58,619 nt of DNA. Origin: a virus. Its lineage: Duplodnaviria > Caudoviricetes. Both the position numbers and the translations under genes were made by a program. The notes under the pieces were generated by a model. It saw only the letters and a list, made by a program, of their open reading frames with translations, ran no database searches and was not told where the DNA came from. Below are positions 44,734 to 54,050 of this stretch, in pieces. Every line of letters begins with the position of its first letter. Positions within the stretch are counted from its first letter, which is position 1. The stretch is from IMG/VR virus record IMGVR_UViG_3300030202_000422, positions 1 through 58,619 of that record. One strand, given 5' to 3'.

Positions 44734-46574
44734 TACCTTCTCCCGTCAGGCCGCAGTTCTAGTCGCGGTGATCCTAACTGCCATTTAACTCCGGCGTTGC
44801 TGGATTCTATCTTCAAAGCTAATTGTCTGCCTCGTACTCGCAGATCTAGCCTAGATGTAAACGCCTCGATAGGTGCAGTGGCTGTTCTGGTTATAGAGCC
44901 TGTGTTTGTACCGCCTTCTGAGGCTGGTGAGTTACGTCCCGAACCAGAGTTTTGTGCTGCAAACAAAGATAACGTAGCACTAGGGCTTTCTGCTGTAGAC
45001 CCGTCAAAGGTTACGTCTGGATATACTTTTTGTATAAACGCAAACTTGTGACCATCATCTAGGTCAAACTGCGCTGATGTTATAAACGAGCTAATACCTG
45101 CATTAGTGCCTGTCTCGTTATCATCTATACCGTCCTCGTGATTGACTACATTGTTGTTGTAAGTTGCAGCTAGCGGAAAGTCTCTAATACCCGAATCTAT
45201 CCATGCGGTTCTAGCTAAATTACCGTAGTACCAGATATTCTGTTCATAGTTGTATATAGCGTAGCGGTCTATAGTTGTAGAACTAGAAGAACAGTAGAAC
45301 CACCATATTTCACTAAACCCTTCGTTAGTACCTGCAAATACCTGATCGTACTGCTCTTCGTTAAAATCGTTAAATATGTACCGTTTAACCGAACAAGGCA
45401 GCGTTTGCACTCTACCGTCATATCTGTAAAACCCACCTACACCCATCCAATAAGCTACACCGTTTGCGTAGGCCACAGTGTTAGGGGATGCAATAGATAA
45501 GTTCTCTCCAACCGTCTGAGACGACCATACCGCAGGTGCGCCCACATACTGTAACGCATACAAAGCAGAGTCCGTCCAAACCAGTATTTCCTGTCGGCCT
45601 TGTATAGCAGTTATGATTGACGAGCCTTTAGACAACCGCAGATCACCTGCTTGATTAGTGGATGAAGGAGTCCAGTTAAGTGCGTTCTCTTGGTCAGACC
45701 AACGTAACAGCATAGGATCTATATCCGTGCTACCAAGCACATTAGTGCCAAAACAAAATACAAATCGGTTGTCTGATACAAGCACGGTGTTTACTTTAAC
45801 AGGGACGTTAGACGCGCCGGTCTCACTAGATAGCAACACGCCACGAGTTGTTAGCGCATCAGTAGCATCCCAGAAGAATAAGTTACCCCCACGAGCAGCA
45901 AAAATAAGATCTTCACCAAAATTAGATTGAGTCCACAAACGCAGTGCATCAGTAGATGTTACACCTACGCCCCACGTACCCAGACCCCAACCAGCAGCAC
46001 CCCAACCAACTAGCGTTTCTGCAACAGAGGGGCCAGTGTTTATTTGGTACACAGCGGATACAGACCCCCCACCCGAAGCTGAAGAACTTGCAGCCTCACT
46101 TGCTGTTATGGTGTACGTGTTTCCTGTTAAATATGTTATCTGAAACTCACCATTAAGCGTAAGGCCACCTACAGCAGACGCTCCACTAAACGTTACAAAG
46201 TCATCGTCTATGTATCCACCCGCAGCATCTGTAACTGTTACAGTGGTAGATCCACTTACCGTGGTAAAAGGGTCAGTAAGCGATACAGTGGCTCGTATGG
46301 GGGTAATGTCATAATACGTTCCACCCTGTTCTATGTAGAACTTTAGATTGGTGCCTACACCTAATAGCTTCTGACTACCCAACGTAACCCAAGAAAACAA
46401 CGATCTAGCAATACCTAAAAACGAGTTGGTAGATATGCGGTTCCACCCACCTATCTTTTCCGGCATACCAGAGCGAAACCTTATCTTGTCACATTCGTAC
46501 CAGCCGCCTTCACTCGTATAACGAGTGTTCTCTCTATCTACTCCCGGCTTAAATACGAACTTCTGTAAGGTCAT
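44733..46574 (-). CDS. Tail tubular/nozzle (P22 gp10/T7 gp12-like stabilisation) protein
   Basis: 613 aa beta-rich; FKPGV..KIRFRSGMPEKIGGW; RWSDQE; ends PDGRR. Confidence 0.75.
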   Translation of the reverse strand: MTLQKFVFKPGVDRENTRYTSEGGWYECDKIRFRSGMPEKIGGWNRISTNSFLGIARSLFSWVTLGSQKLLGVGTNLKFYIEQGGTYYDITPIRATVSLTDPFTTVSGSTTVTVTDAAGGYIDDDFVTFSGASAVGGLTLNGEFQITYLTGNTYTITASEAASSSASGGGSVSAVYQINTGPSVAETLVGWGAAGWGLGTWGVGVTSTDALRLWTQSNFGEDLIFAARGGNLFFWDATDALTTRGVLLSSETGASNVPVKVNTVLVSDNRFVFCFGTNVLGSTDIDPMLLRWSDQENALNWTPSSTNQAGDLRLSKGSSIITAIQGRQEILVWTDSALYALQYVGAPAVWSSQTVGENLSIASPNTVAYANGVAYWMGVGGFYRYDGRVQTLPCSVKRYIFNDFNEEQYDQVFAGTNEGFSEIWWFYCSSSSTTIDRYAIYNYEQNIWYYGNLARTAWIDSGIRDFPLAATYNNNVVNHEDGIDDNETGTNAGISSFITSAQFDLDDGHKFAFIQKVYPDVTFDGSTAESPSATLSLFAAQNSGSGRNSPASEGGTNTGSITRTATAPIEAFTSRLDLRVRGRQLALKIESSNAGVKWQLGSPRLELRPDGRR

Positions 46575-46996
46575 TCTTGATAATCACCTGTTCTAATCAT
46601 TTCAGTGACACGTATTGCACGTTGTCCTACCTGAGATGCCCATCTACTATCTAAAAACTCATCGGCAGCATTGTCATATTCTTGCCTAGACATAGCCTCG
46701 ATTGCCTTTACAAAGCCTCGTAAACGACTCAAACCCAGATTAAAGCACATATCTATCATAGCCGCTTGTCTTACTTCATCTAACGCAGGGAACCAAAAAT
46801 ATGCAGCGCCTAATTCTCCTTTAACACGTTCTACATCGTTTATGAGCAGTAGGTTTATCTCTTCGTTATTGAGACCCAAACCACCTTCTTCATCTATGTT
46901 TCTACCTACACCTATCGTCCATTTACCAGCCGTGCATTGGTACGCATGAGATTTAACGCCCTCATGCAGTTTTATCATCTTTAATAATCTTTCCAT
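46571..46996 (-). CDS. Endolysin, T4-like lysozyme (GH24)
   Basis: Catalytic E-x8-C-x5-T (HEGVKSHAYQCTAGKWT), DMCFNLG, SRWASQVGQRA. Confidence 0.9.
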   Translation of the reverse strand: MERLLKMIKLHEGVKSHAYQCTAGKWTIGVGRNIDEEGGLGLNNEEINLLLINDVERVKGELGAAYFWFPALDEVRQAAMIDMCFNLGLSRLRGFVKAIEAMSRQEYDNAADEFLDSRWASQVGQRAIRVTEMIRTGDYQE

Positions 46997-47386
46997 TTAT
47001 TTCTCTCTGCTTACGCCTTGTACTTTTTCGTAAGATCTCATTGCTCCAAGGCCGAGCATACCCATCATTACAGGAACGAGCAGGGTGGTGTCCACTTCTG
47101 GCACATCAATCCAAATACCTATAATGTTTGCTAAGATCACGTTGTAAAAGAGGCCCAACGCACACACCCAGCCAATGCAGGGTCTCCACCCAGCAACAAA
47201 TAACGACTTATGTGTAGCCTCTGCTTTGTTTATCTCAAGTTGACCTTTAAGCGCCTCTTGAGCATGGCGCTCTGACATCGTAGCTATCTCGTGAGCAAGA
47301 GCAGCTTTTTGATCTTTGTCTTCGATAAACTTGTCTAACAGACCTGTAACTGGTCCGACAAGCTGTGTAACGATACTCATGCCCAC
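46997..47386 (-). CDS. Holin (3TM, GTA-type family)
   Basis: AGWRPCIGWVC..GMLGLGAMRSYEK; adjacent to the endolysin. Confidence 0.85.
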   Translation of the reverse strand: MGMSIVTQLVGPVTGLLDKFIEDKDQKAALAHEIATMSERHAQEALKGQLEINKAEATHKSLFVAGWRPCIGWVCALGLFYNVILANIIGIWIDVPEVDTTLLVPVMMGMLGLGAMRSYEKVQGVSREK

Positions 47387-47748
47387 ACCTTAGTTTTCTT
47401 ACCGCCGTAGTATTCTACCGCATGACCTGTCTTAATTAACAACTTACATATGTCAATTCCGGTCTCTGTGTAAGGTATTCCAAGTATGCGTCCGTACTTA
47501 CCTCGACCCATGGATGCAATCTTAAATGTACCGCGACACTGTTGTGTCAGAAACTCTTTAGCAGCAAGACCTAAGACCTTTTCTGCTTTGTTTCGGGTAC
47601 GAGATTCGGGTGTGTCTATGCCATGCAGCCTGACTCTTTGTTTCCTAAGCCATACATCAAACCCAAGATCTATATCTACATCAATCGTGTCACCATCAAT
47701 CACTCTGACTAAAGTGCATTTGTAGTTATAAACTTCTTTAGTTTTCAT
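47377..47748 (-). CDS. Staphylococcal nuclease (thermonuclease)-like protein
   Basis: RVIDGDT, RVRLHGIDTPE, GKYGRILG. Confidence 0.85.
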   Translation of the reverse strand: MKTKEVYNYKCTLVRVIDGDTIDVDIDLGFDVWLRKQRVRLHGIDTPESRTRNKAEKVLGLAAKEFLTQQCRGTFKIASMGRGKYGRILGIPYTETGIDICKLLIKTGHAVEYYGGKKTKVWA

Positions 47749-47969
47749 ACAGTCACCAAAATGTGTTGTCCTGTTGCTTTCGGAGTCGTTTCGCTCAACC
47801 CACCGTTTTTATACAAGTAAGTTTTTTGATCGTAGTAAGTTGTAACAACCTCTCTATGTCTATTTGTTTCTCTGACTTGCAACCTTTCCGTTTCGATCTT
47901 GTGTATTTGATGTTTTGCATTCGGCGGTTGCGCTTGAATGCTGTTAGGAAAAGGCGGTATGTCAGTCAT
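47745..47969 (-). CDS. Hypothetical protein
   Basis: 74 aa, overlapping both neighbours. Confidence 0.55.
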   Translation of the reverse strand: MTDIPPFPNSIQAQPPNAKHQIHKIETERLQVRETNRHREVVTTYYDQKTYLYKNGGLSETTPKATGQHILVTV

Positions 47970-48225
47970 CTTTATTTTTTATCTTTGGATCTCGAAAAAT
48001 ATAGTTACCTTTCCCTGCTTCGCTTTGCGGTATAAGCCTTACTTCACAATACGCATCAAACTTACTTGTCTTCCGACCAACCACATGGTTATGAACATGA
48101 GTAGACTGCATAACTAAGGCGTCACGGTACTCAATGCAACTGGTTAATTCTTGGAATGCAAGCTCTACCCCAGTTTTGTTACCGCCTGAGTCCAACATAA
48201 TCAGCATAAAGATCATTAACGTCAT
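47962..48225 (-). CDS. Hypothetical protein with a hydrophobic N-terminus
   Basis: MTLMIFMLIML; ATGA overlap. Confidence 0.6.
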   Translation of the reverse strand: MTLMIFMLIMLDSGGNKTGVELAFQELTSCIEYRDALVMQSTHVHNHVVGRKTSKFDAYCEVRLIPQSEAGKGNYIFRDPKIKNKDD

Positions 48226-48617
48226 ATACGTCTTTTCTTTTGGATGGCTTGAGTTTTTTCAGCCTGTGGCTCGACCAGATCCCAAGTAAGCATTTCTATA
48301 TCAATCTGATGTGCTGTACCTAAAACTCTTGGCATGGTGTTTCTCACGTAGATATACGCCCCATACCCGCACTGTTGAAAGTTAAACTTGAGCCAATCCA
48401 TTGCCACTTCATGCCGTTTGGCAGGTGGTTGTACTAGTCGTAAGTTATTCCACTCTCGCAGATCACAAAACAGATTAGGATTTTCGGGGTCGTATTCTAC
48501 TGAGCCTGCTTGATCATCAGTTCGATCAACGTCTGTAGCTTCGCGTCCGAGTCTCGTGCTGTCTCGTTCATCTGTGCAAGCGATGTCGTTATCTGATCTA
48601 TCGCCTGTGCATTCAGC
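48222..48617 (-). CDS. -1 frame extension of 48497..48784 (predicted frameshift product, 187 aa in total)
   Basis: Frame stays open from 48638 to 48222 with no ATG/SD start in its 5' part; entered at G GGA AAG (48623-48617). Confidence 0.55.
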   Translation of the reverse strand, partial: AECTGDRSDNDIACTDERDSTRLGREATDVDRTDDQAGSVEYDPENPNLFCDLREWNNLRLVQPPAKRHEVAMDWLKFNFQQCGYGAYIYVRNTMPRVLGTAHQIDIEMLTWDLVEPQAEKTQAIQKKRRI

Positions 48618-48784
48618 TTTCCCGTTGTATCGGCCTGTTCAACCTTTACCTTAATTTCTGCGACTTCATCAGCCGTAGCAGCAGCTTGTGCCTGCATAGA
48701 TCCCCATGCTATTGCACCAGATACTAATGCTGCACCTATGGGTAATGCCCAAGTAGGTACTTTAATTGAGTTACCATCGCTCAT
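48497..48784 (-). CDS. Membrane-anchored coiled-coil protein (i-spanin-like topology)
   Basis: AGGAG RBS; TM WALPIGAALVSGAIAWGSM then coiled coil; in the lysis region. Confidence 0.7.
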   Translation of the reverse strand: MSDGNSIKVPTWALPIGAALVSGAIAWGSMQAQAAATADEVAEIKVKVEQADTTGKLNAQAIDQITTSLAQMNETARDSDAKLQTLIELMIKQAQ

Positions 48785-48785
48785 G

Positions 48786-49007
48786 TTAAGCTCCTAAGAA
48801 CTGGGGAACCAACAGGCTCCCGATAATTAAAATTATTACGCCCCATAACATTCGCTCGATGCGGTCAAATCTTCTTGACCCATCGGTTAGTCTCTCCTCA
48901 ATCCTTTCGTAACGCAAAGCGCACTCTCTTTCATGTGCATTTATTTCTTGCAAGGCTTTTTGCCCCTGATCATCCATACCCATTGCTTTTGCAAGACCAT
49001 CATCCAC
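48786..49007 (-). CDS. Coiled coil plus C-terminal TM protein (XhlA-like)
   Basis: HERECALRYERIE..MLWGVIILIIGSLLV. Confidence 0.7.
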   Translation of the reverse strand: MDDGLAKAMGMDDQGQKALQEINAHERECALRYERIEERLTDGSRRFDRIERMLWGVIILIIGSLLVPQFLGA

Positions 49008-49009
49008 GA

Positions 49010-49189
49010 TTACTTCTCAGTAGGTGCTTGCTGCTTGGCCTTACCTATCGTCAGCGACATATACTCAATAATTGGGTAAACATACTTACCCATAAAGGCA
49101 TCGTCTTTAGGCGTTGGGGTAGCCGCAGTAACTGCACTGGCTATTGTGACAACCGTAGTAACAAGTGTCCAAATTTCCATGAAATCCAT
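49010..49189 (-). CDS. Small membrane protein, 59 aa, not in the ORF track; holin-like
   Basis: TAATG coupling; MDFMEIWTLVTTVVTIASAVTAATPTPKDD...IGKAK. Confidence 0.7.
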   Translation of the reverse strand: MDFMEIWTLVTTVVTIASAVTAATPTPKDDAFMGKYVYPIIEYMSLTIGKAKQQAPTEK

Positions 49190-49449
49190 TATTGGATAGC
49201 CTCCTCTTGAGATTCTTCTTCAACCACTTTGACAGAGTTCTTGAGATCCATTTCTCTTTTGGCAATCGCAAGTTGTAGGTCATGTGCATCCTCCTGTAAA
49301 CCAGCTATTTGGTTTACCGTAGTTTGTAACCTTTCTTTGAGATTTTGCAACCTGACAATCTGACGATGCTCCTCTGGCTTGAGGTCTTCTAGCTTATATT
49401 CTTCGCCAAAGATCGTGACTACTGGGGTTTCTTCAGTGTTTTGTTCCAT
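49189..49449 (-). CDS. Coiled-coil hypothetical protein
   Basis: 86 aa, VTIFGEEYKLEDL. Confidence 0.7.
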   Translation of the reverse strand: MEQNTEETPVVTIFGEEYKLEDLKPEEHRQIVRLQNLKERLQTTVNQIAGLQEDAHDLQLAIAKREMDLKNSVKVVEEESQEEAIQ

Positions 49450-50146
49450 CGGGTGTTACCTTCCATACGTTTAAATTAGCTGCTACCGTTCTTCGCTCAC
49501 CATCCCCTTTGAATGGATACACACTATGTTGTAACCACGAGGGGAACATAAAAAACTTACCCACTTCGGGTTTCATAATGACCATCTGTGGTGGACGTAA
49601 TCGCTCTGTATCTAGTAACGATCCAGTGCCATATTGAAAGTTAATACACCCATCCGAATGACCGCTGGAATTATACAAACCATATTCGCTTGTGCCAGAG
49701 GTTGGCTGATCTAATATCTGTTGTGGCACTTTAGTCCAGCAAGTACAACTCACACCCATCAGAGTTTTAGTGCCATGATCGTGTATTGGGTTGTAGTCAC
49801 CAGCATAGCTGTGCACTGACCAACACTCATCTGTTTCTACAATGCGGTTTTCATTGAATGGGTTAACCGTAGAACCAGCAAAGTTTTTAACGTAATCCGC
49901 ACCCATACATTGGATTAACTCGTTGAACTCTTGAATCTTTGAATGCGTGTGATCCATTGTTAGTTGTTCGCCGTTACCGATCTGGCCTACTAATGTGCCA
50001 GCATGAGATGCTCGATCCTCTTGATTAAGCAGATCATCAAGATACTCATTGAGGTCGTTTACCATCCTATCTGGCAGCATCGCCTCCATCAAAAATACTG
50101 ATGGTAACGGGTGCATTTTGTATTCTTGTCTGACTTCGGGCATCAA
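49433..50146 (-). CDS. 2OG-Fe(II) oxygenase (TIGR02466-like)
   Basis: W..GDYNPIHDH, FPSWLQHSVYPF..ERRTVAAN. Confidence 0.85.
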   Translation of the reverse strand: MMPEVRQEYKMHPLPSVFLMEAMLPDRMVNDLNEYLDDLLNQEDRASHAGTLVGQIGNGEQLTMDHTHSKIQEFNELIQCMGADYVKNFAGSTVNPFNENRIVETDECWSVHSYAGDYNPIHDHGTKTLMGVSCTCWTKVPQQILDQPTSGTSEYGLYNSSGHSDGCINFQYGTGSLLDTERLRPPQMVIMKPEVGKFFMFPSWLQHSVYPFKGDGERRTVAANLNVWKVTPDGTKH

Positions 50147-50153
50147 TGTCTCC

Positions 50154-50219
50154 TCACCACAGATAACTAAAAACTATTATCGGCAATACAATCAACACTA
50201 CCAATAACAATTCTACCAT
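50154..50219 (-). CDS. 21-aa hydrophobic micropeptide MVELLLVVLIVLPIIVFSYLW
   Basis: Starts right after the upstream TAG; its TGA overlaps the GAGGAG RBS of the oxygenase; fills the gap exactly. Confidence 0.5.
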   Translation of the reverse strand: MVELLLVVLIVLPIIVFSYLW

Positions 50220-50477
50220 CTATGCACTTGGATCGTAGTCTTCTGCTTTCTTGATAGCAGCGTCAATATTAGTGAAGTCTTCTGACCCCCAATCGTCTAA
50301 CGCTTTCTGATAAGACATATATCCTGCACTTCGCATGACACGTTCTTTCTTTCCGTCTTTGTCTAAATCGTTACAGAACTCGTTTGAGTCATCCAACGTA
50401 TTGTCAATTACGGAAATACTTCCTGTCATAGCTGCGAATGCTGCTGCTTTCTCTTCGTCTGTTCTAGCTTCTGCCAT
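50220..50477 (-). CDS. Hypothetical protein downstream of the tail fibre
   Basis: AGGAGG RBS, 85 aa. Confidence 0.7.
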   Translation of the reverse strand: MAEARTDEEKAAAFAAMTGSISVIDNTLDDSNEFCNDLDKDGKKERVMRSAGYMSYQKALDDWGSEDFTNIDAAIKKAEDYDPSA

Positions 50478-50480
50478 TTT

Positions 50481-53400
50481 CTATCCTCCTGATTTGAGTG
50501 TTTCTATCTCTGCTGAAAGTTCTTGGATTGCTTTTACGAGCATTGGTATAAGAGCATTTGGGCCAAGTCTTTGTCTGCCATCTGTATCTTCAGCCCACAT
50601 ATCAAAACCATCTTTCAATTCCGCATGGTTGTCTATAGCGGTTTTGACTTCTTGAGCAATAAAACCATGGTTTGTTTCACCCTCACTCAACATCACCCTG
50701 TCTTCTGACCCTTCAACGTAAGCTCTGTGGTCTGACGGTATGTCTTTTTCTTTCTTCCATTGGAAGGTCACCGGGCGAAGATCGTTGATAAATGATAGTC
50801 CGGCAGTAGAGTCGGCGATGCTTTCTTTGTATCGCTCATCAGATGGCGCAGTAATGCTTGTACCACCAAAAGCAATATTGCTATCTGCTGCACCGTTACC
50901 AAACGTAAAATTGTTATCCCCTGTACAAGTAACAGTTGATCCCATAGATATTTGGTTATTAGAACCAGATGCAGATGGCCTACAGTCTAAGCCAACCATT
51001 ACATTTTCACCCCCAGTGGTAATATTGTCACCAGCATCTTTTCCAACACAAGTATTATGAGCACCCGTAGTTATGGCAGTAGCTGCCTCTGGCCCTATCG
51101 CAACATTACCTAAAGCCGTTGCCCCAGTACTAACTCCTCTGAGAGCTTTTTGTCCGACAGCAACATTGTTAGCTCCCGTAGTCAGGTATTGACCAGCTTG
51201 GAAGCCTATAAGAGTACCAGCAGCTCCTGTAGTAGTACTTTCTCCAGCACTAGTCCCTACAAAGACTGTGCCATCTCCACTAGTTAAGTTTGTTCCAGCC
51301 GATGATCCAACTATTGTATTTGAGCTAGAGGTAGTGATTGCATCACCAGCTAGACCCCCTATGAGGGTGTTGTTAGCCCCCGTGGTGACGTTTGTTCCTG
51401 CACTAAACCCAACCGCCGTATTAAATGTATCAGTTGCCGTGGTAAAACTTTGGAATCGTAAAGCACTTGTTCCTATAGCAACTGATTTGCTACCAAGGGT
51501 GTCAGTGGTTAAAGCAAACACGCCCATAGCTACATTAAAATCTGCATCCGTAAGCGCATCACCAGCGTCACCACCAACAATTGTGTTGTAAATTCCCGTA
51601 GTGACTGCTACACCAGCGTTATGCCCTACGGCAGTATTTAAAGTGTCTGTCGCAGTCGTAAAGTTTTGTGCGTTTAGAGTACCTTGACCAATAGCAACTG
51701 TCTTGCTGCCTTTTGTATCTTGCTCTAGTGCGCCACGGCCTACGACTACATTGCTAGAGCCTACAGTTACTTGCTCTCCTGCATCAGTACCTACGAAAAC
51801 ATTGAATTGACCAGTGGTGACATCTTGTCCCGCTAATCCTCCGATCAAGGTGTTGTCAGTCCCCGTGGTGACTGCCTCACCTGCTTTATCGCCTATAGCG
51901 ATGTTGAACGAGTTCGTTACTGTTGTAGAAAAGTTTTGGGTTTTTAGAGCATCCCGACCGATAGCGATTGTCCTAGAGCCTAACGTGTCTGCTGAAAGTG
52001 CGTTTTGCCCTATTGCCACGTTAGCAGAACCTTGCGTAAGTGCATCTCCAGCGAGTCCCCCGACGAGGGTGTTGAGGGTTCCCGTGGTGACTAACAGACC
52101 AGCATCTGTGCCTACTGCGGTATTATAAACATCTGTGGCTGTGGTGAAGTTTTGGGTCAGTAATGCCTGATTACCAATAGCCACTGACCTTGATCCAAGA
52201 GTATCGGAACTTAATGCCTGATAACCTATAGCTACATTTAAATCGGCATCTGTAAAAGCGTCTCCAGCAAGACCGCCAATGAGCGTGTTGCGGATTCCCG
52301 TGGTGACATTTGCACCAGCGTTACGACCAACCGCCACGTTATAACTATCAGTAGCCGTAGCGAAGTTCATAGAAGTAAGGGCTTGAGCGCCGATTGCTAC
52401 ATTATAGTTACCAAGGTCATCTGAACTTAAAGCTGCGTATCCAATCGCCACATTGTCAACCGCTACGGTTAGGGCATCACCAGCAAGACTACCGATGAGA
52501 GTGTTGCGTTGTCCCGTGGTGATTGCTGTTCCAGCAGCGTACCCTATACCCGTATTATTACTGTGAGAATTTCCACTAGCTCCTAAACCCGCAGCACTAC
52601 CGACAAAAGTGTTGTTTACTCCTGTCACGTTATAGAAAAGCGATAAGTCTCCAATGCCGATATTGTGAGAATTAGTGGCAGTCGCATAGTTTTGATTAAA
52701 CACTGCACCAGCACCAACAGCTATTGTTCTTGATCCCAGATCATCTGTGGTCAGTGCTTGATATCCAATTGCGATATTTCTATCTGCATCAGTCAGAGCG
52801 TCTCCTGCTAGACCGCCCAAGATAGTGTTCTCTTTCCCCGTAGTGACTGCTGCTCCTGCGTTGTGTCCAACAGCTACATTAAAAGTGTCTGTAGAAGTCG
52901 TGAAGTTTTGAGCAGTAAGAGCATCTACGCCAATAGCAATAGTCTTGTTGCCTTTAGTATCTGAACCTAATGCACCAAAGCCTAAAGTTACATTGAAGTC
53001 TGCATCAGTTAAGTCATCTCCAGAAAACGCGCCGATAATCGTGTTGCGTACACCTGTAGTGATGTCGGTTCCTGAGATATAGCCTAGCGCCGTGTTGTAA
53101 GCGTCTGCACCTGCGTTTAAGTCTTCAAGAGATTGATAACCAACAGCAGTATTGCCTGAGTTAGCGTCTTCAGTTTTTAATGCGGCATAACCAACGGCTA
53201 CGTTGTTATCACCCGTAGTAATCGCCGTACCCGCTTCATCTCCCACTGTCACATTGAAATTACCGCCAGATTGGATGCTGTTACCAGCGTTTACACCGAT
53301 ACGAACATTAGATGTGCCAGCGGATGCAGTGATCAGATCAGCACCATCTTCGAGTGTCGTATCGCCTGAGATCGTGACTGTGCCGTTGAAGTCCATCGCA

Positions 53401-54050
53401 GTAGCAGTCAGATCTATTTCATCAGTCGCACCAAGCGATAGAACCGTAGCACTAGAGCCTTGGATGAACTGACTCGCATCATTGAACATAATCTTGTTCG
53501 TAGAGTTCAACGTCAGACCAGAGCCATCTGTATGTGTCAGCGTAGTGTCGCCATCTGCGCCAAAGGTAATAACTGCGCTGTCAGAGGTAAACGTCAGGTC
53601 ATCGTCAATAAACAGGTCAGGAATAGACAGGTCTTGGAAGGCGTCAACCATCGCGCCACCTGATCCAGCACCGTCCGAGTAGATTGCTTTGGTCTGACCA
53701 TTGGCTATGGTGATTGTGGCACCAGAACCTTGCTTGATAATTATGCTTTGTGAACCACTTGTTCCATTCTCTATGAACCAGAGCTTGCTAACAGTATTCG
53801 GGCCAATAGTAATCGTACACGTTGAATCCAAAGTTCCTGTGTATTTGAGGAATAACGAGCGACCCGGATCAGTAGAACCATCAGCTATTGTGGTAGTATG
53901 AGTATCGGCATTAGTGGTTATTGCCTCTGTACCAAAGCTAAAAGCTTCAGCAACTAATTCCAAATTTGTATTTGTGCTGGTTCCCCACGTACCTGATTCG
54001 TCGCCTGTGGCAATTTCTTTTAATCGAAGGTCATTTACATACGTTGCCAT
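50481..54050 (-). CDS. Tail fibre with trimeric beta-roll (NxAxG) repeats and a C-terminal peptidase S74 intramolecular chaperone
   Basis: N-terminal GTWGTSTNTNL; seven ~72-aa super-repeats; SDERYKE..LRPVTFQW..HGFIAQEV..LVKAIQEL. Confidence 0.9.
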   Translation of the reverse strand: MATYVNDLRLKEIATGDESGTWGTSTNTNLELVAEAFSFGTEAITTNADTHTTTIADGSTDPGRSLFLKYTGTLDSTCTITIGPNTVSKLWFIENGTSGSQSIIIKQGSGATITIANGQTKAIYSDGAGSGGAMVDAFQDLSIPDLFIDDDLTFTSDSAVITFGADGDTTLTHTDGSGLTLNSTNKIMFNDASQFIQGSSATVLSLGATDEIDLTATAMDFNGTVTISGDTTLEDGADLITASAGTSNVRIGVNAGNSIQSGGNFNVTVGDEAGTAITTGDNNVAVGYAALKTEDANSGNTAVGYQSLEDLNAGADAYNTALGYISGTDITTGVRNTIIGAFSGDDLTDADFNVTLGFGALGSDTKGNKTIAIGVDALTAQNFTTSTDTFNVAVGHNAGAAVTTGKENTILGGLAGDALTDADRNIAIGYQALTTDDLGSRTIAVGAGAVFNQNYATATNSHNIGIGDLSLFYNVTGVNNTFVGSAAGLGASGNSHSNNTGIGYAAGTAITTGQRNTLIGSLAGDALTVAVDNVAIGYAALSSDDLGNYNVAIGAQALTSMNFATATDSYNVAVGRNAGANVTTGIRNTLIGGLAGDAFTDADLNVAIGYQALSSDTLGSRSVAIGNQALLTQNFTTATDVYNTAVGTDAGLLVTTGTLNTLVGGLAGDALTQGSANVAIGQNALSADTLGSRTIAIGRDALKTQNFSTTVTNSFNIAIGDKAGEAVTTGTDNTLIGGLAGQDVTTGQFNVFVGTDAGEQVTVGSSNVVVGRGALEQDTKGSKTVAIGQGTLNAQNFTTATDTLNTAVGHNAGVAVTTGIYNTIVGGDAGDALTDADFNVAMGVFALTTDTLGSKSVAIGTSALRFQSFTTATDTFNTAVGFSAGTNVTTGANNTLIGGLAGDAITTSSSNTIVGSSAGTNLTSGDGTVFVGTSAGESTTTGAAGTLIGFQAGQYLTTGANNVAVGQKALRGVSTGATALGNVAIGPEAATAITTGAHNTCVGKDAGDNITTGGENVMVGLDCRPSASGSNNQISMGSTVTCTGDNNFTFGNGAADSNIAFGGTSITAPSDERYKESIADSTAGLSFINDLRPVTFQWKKEKDIPSDHRAYVEGSEDRVMLSEGETNHGFIAQEVKTAIDNHAELKDGFDMWAEDTDGRQRLGPNALIPMLVKAIQELSAEIETLKSGG

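Noticed and set aside
50481-54050. Diversity-generating retroelement target
   Set aside because: No reverse transcriptase and no template/variable repeat pair differing at adenines was seen
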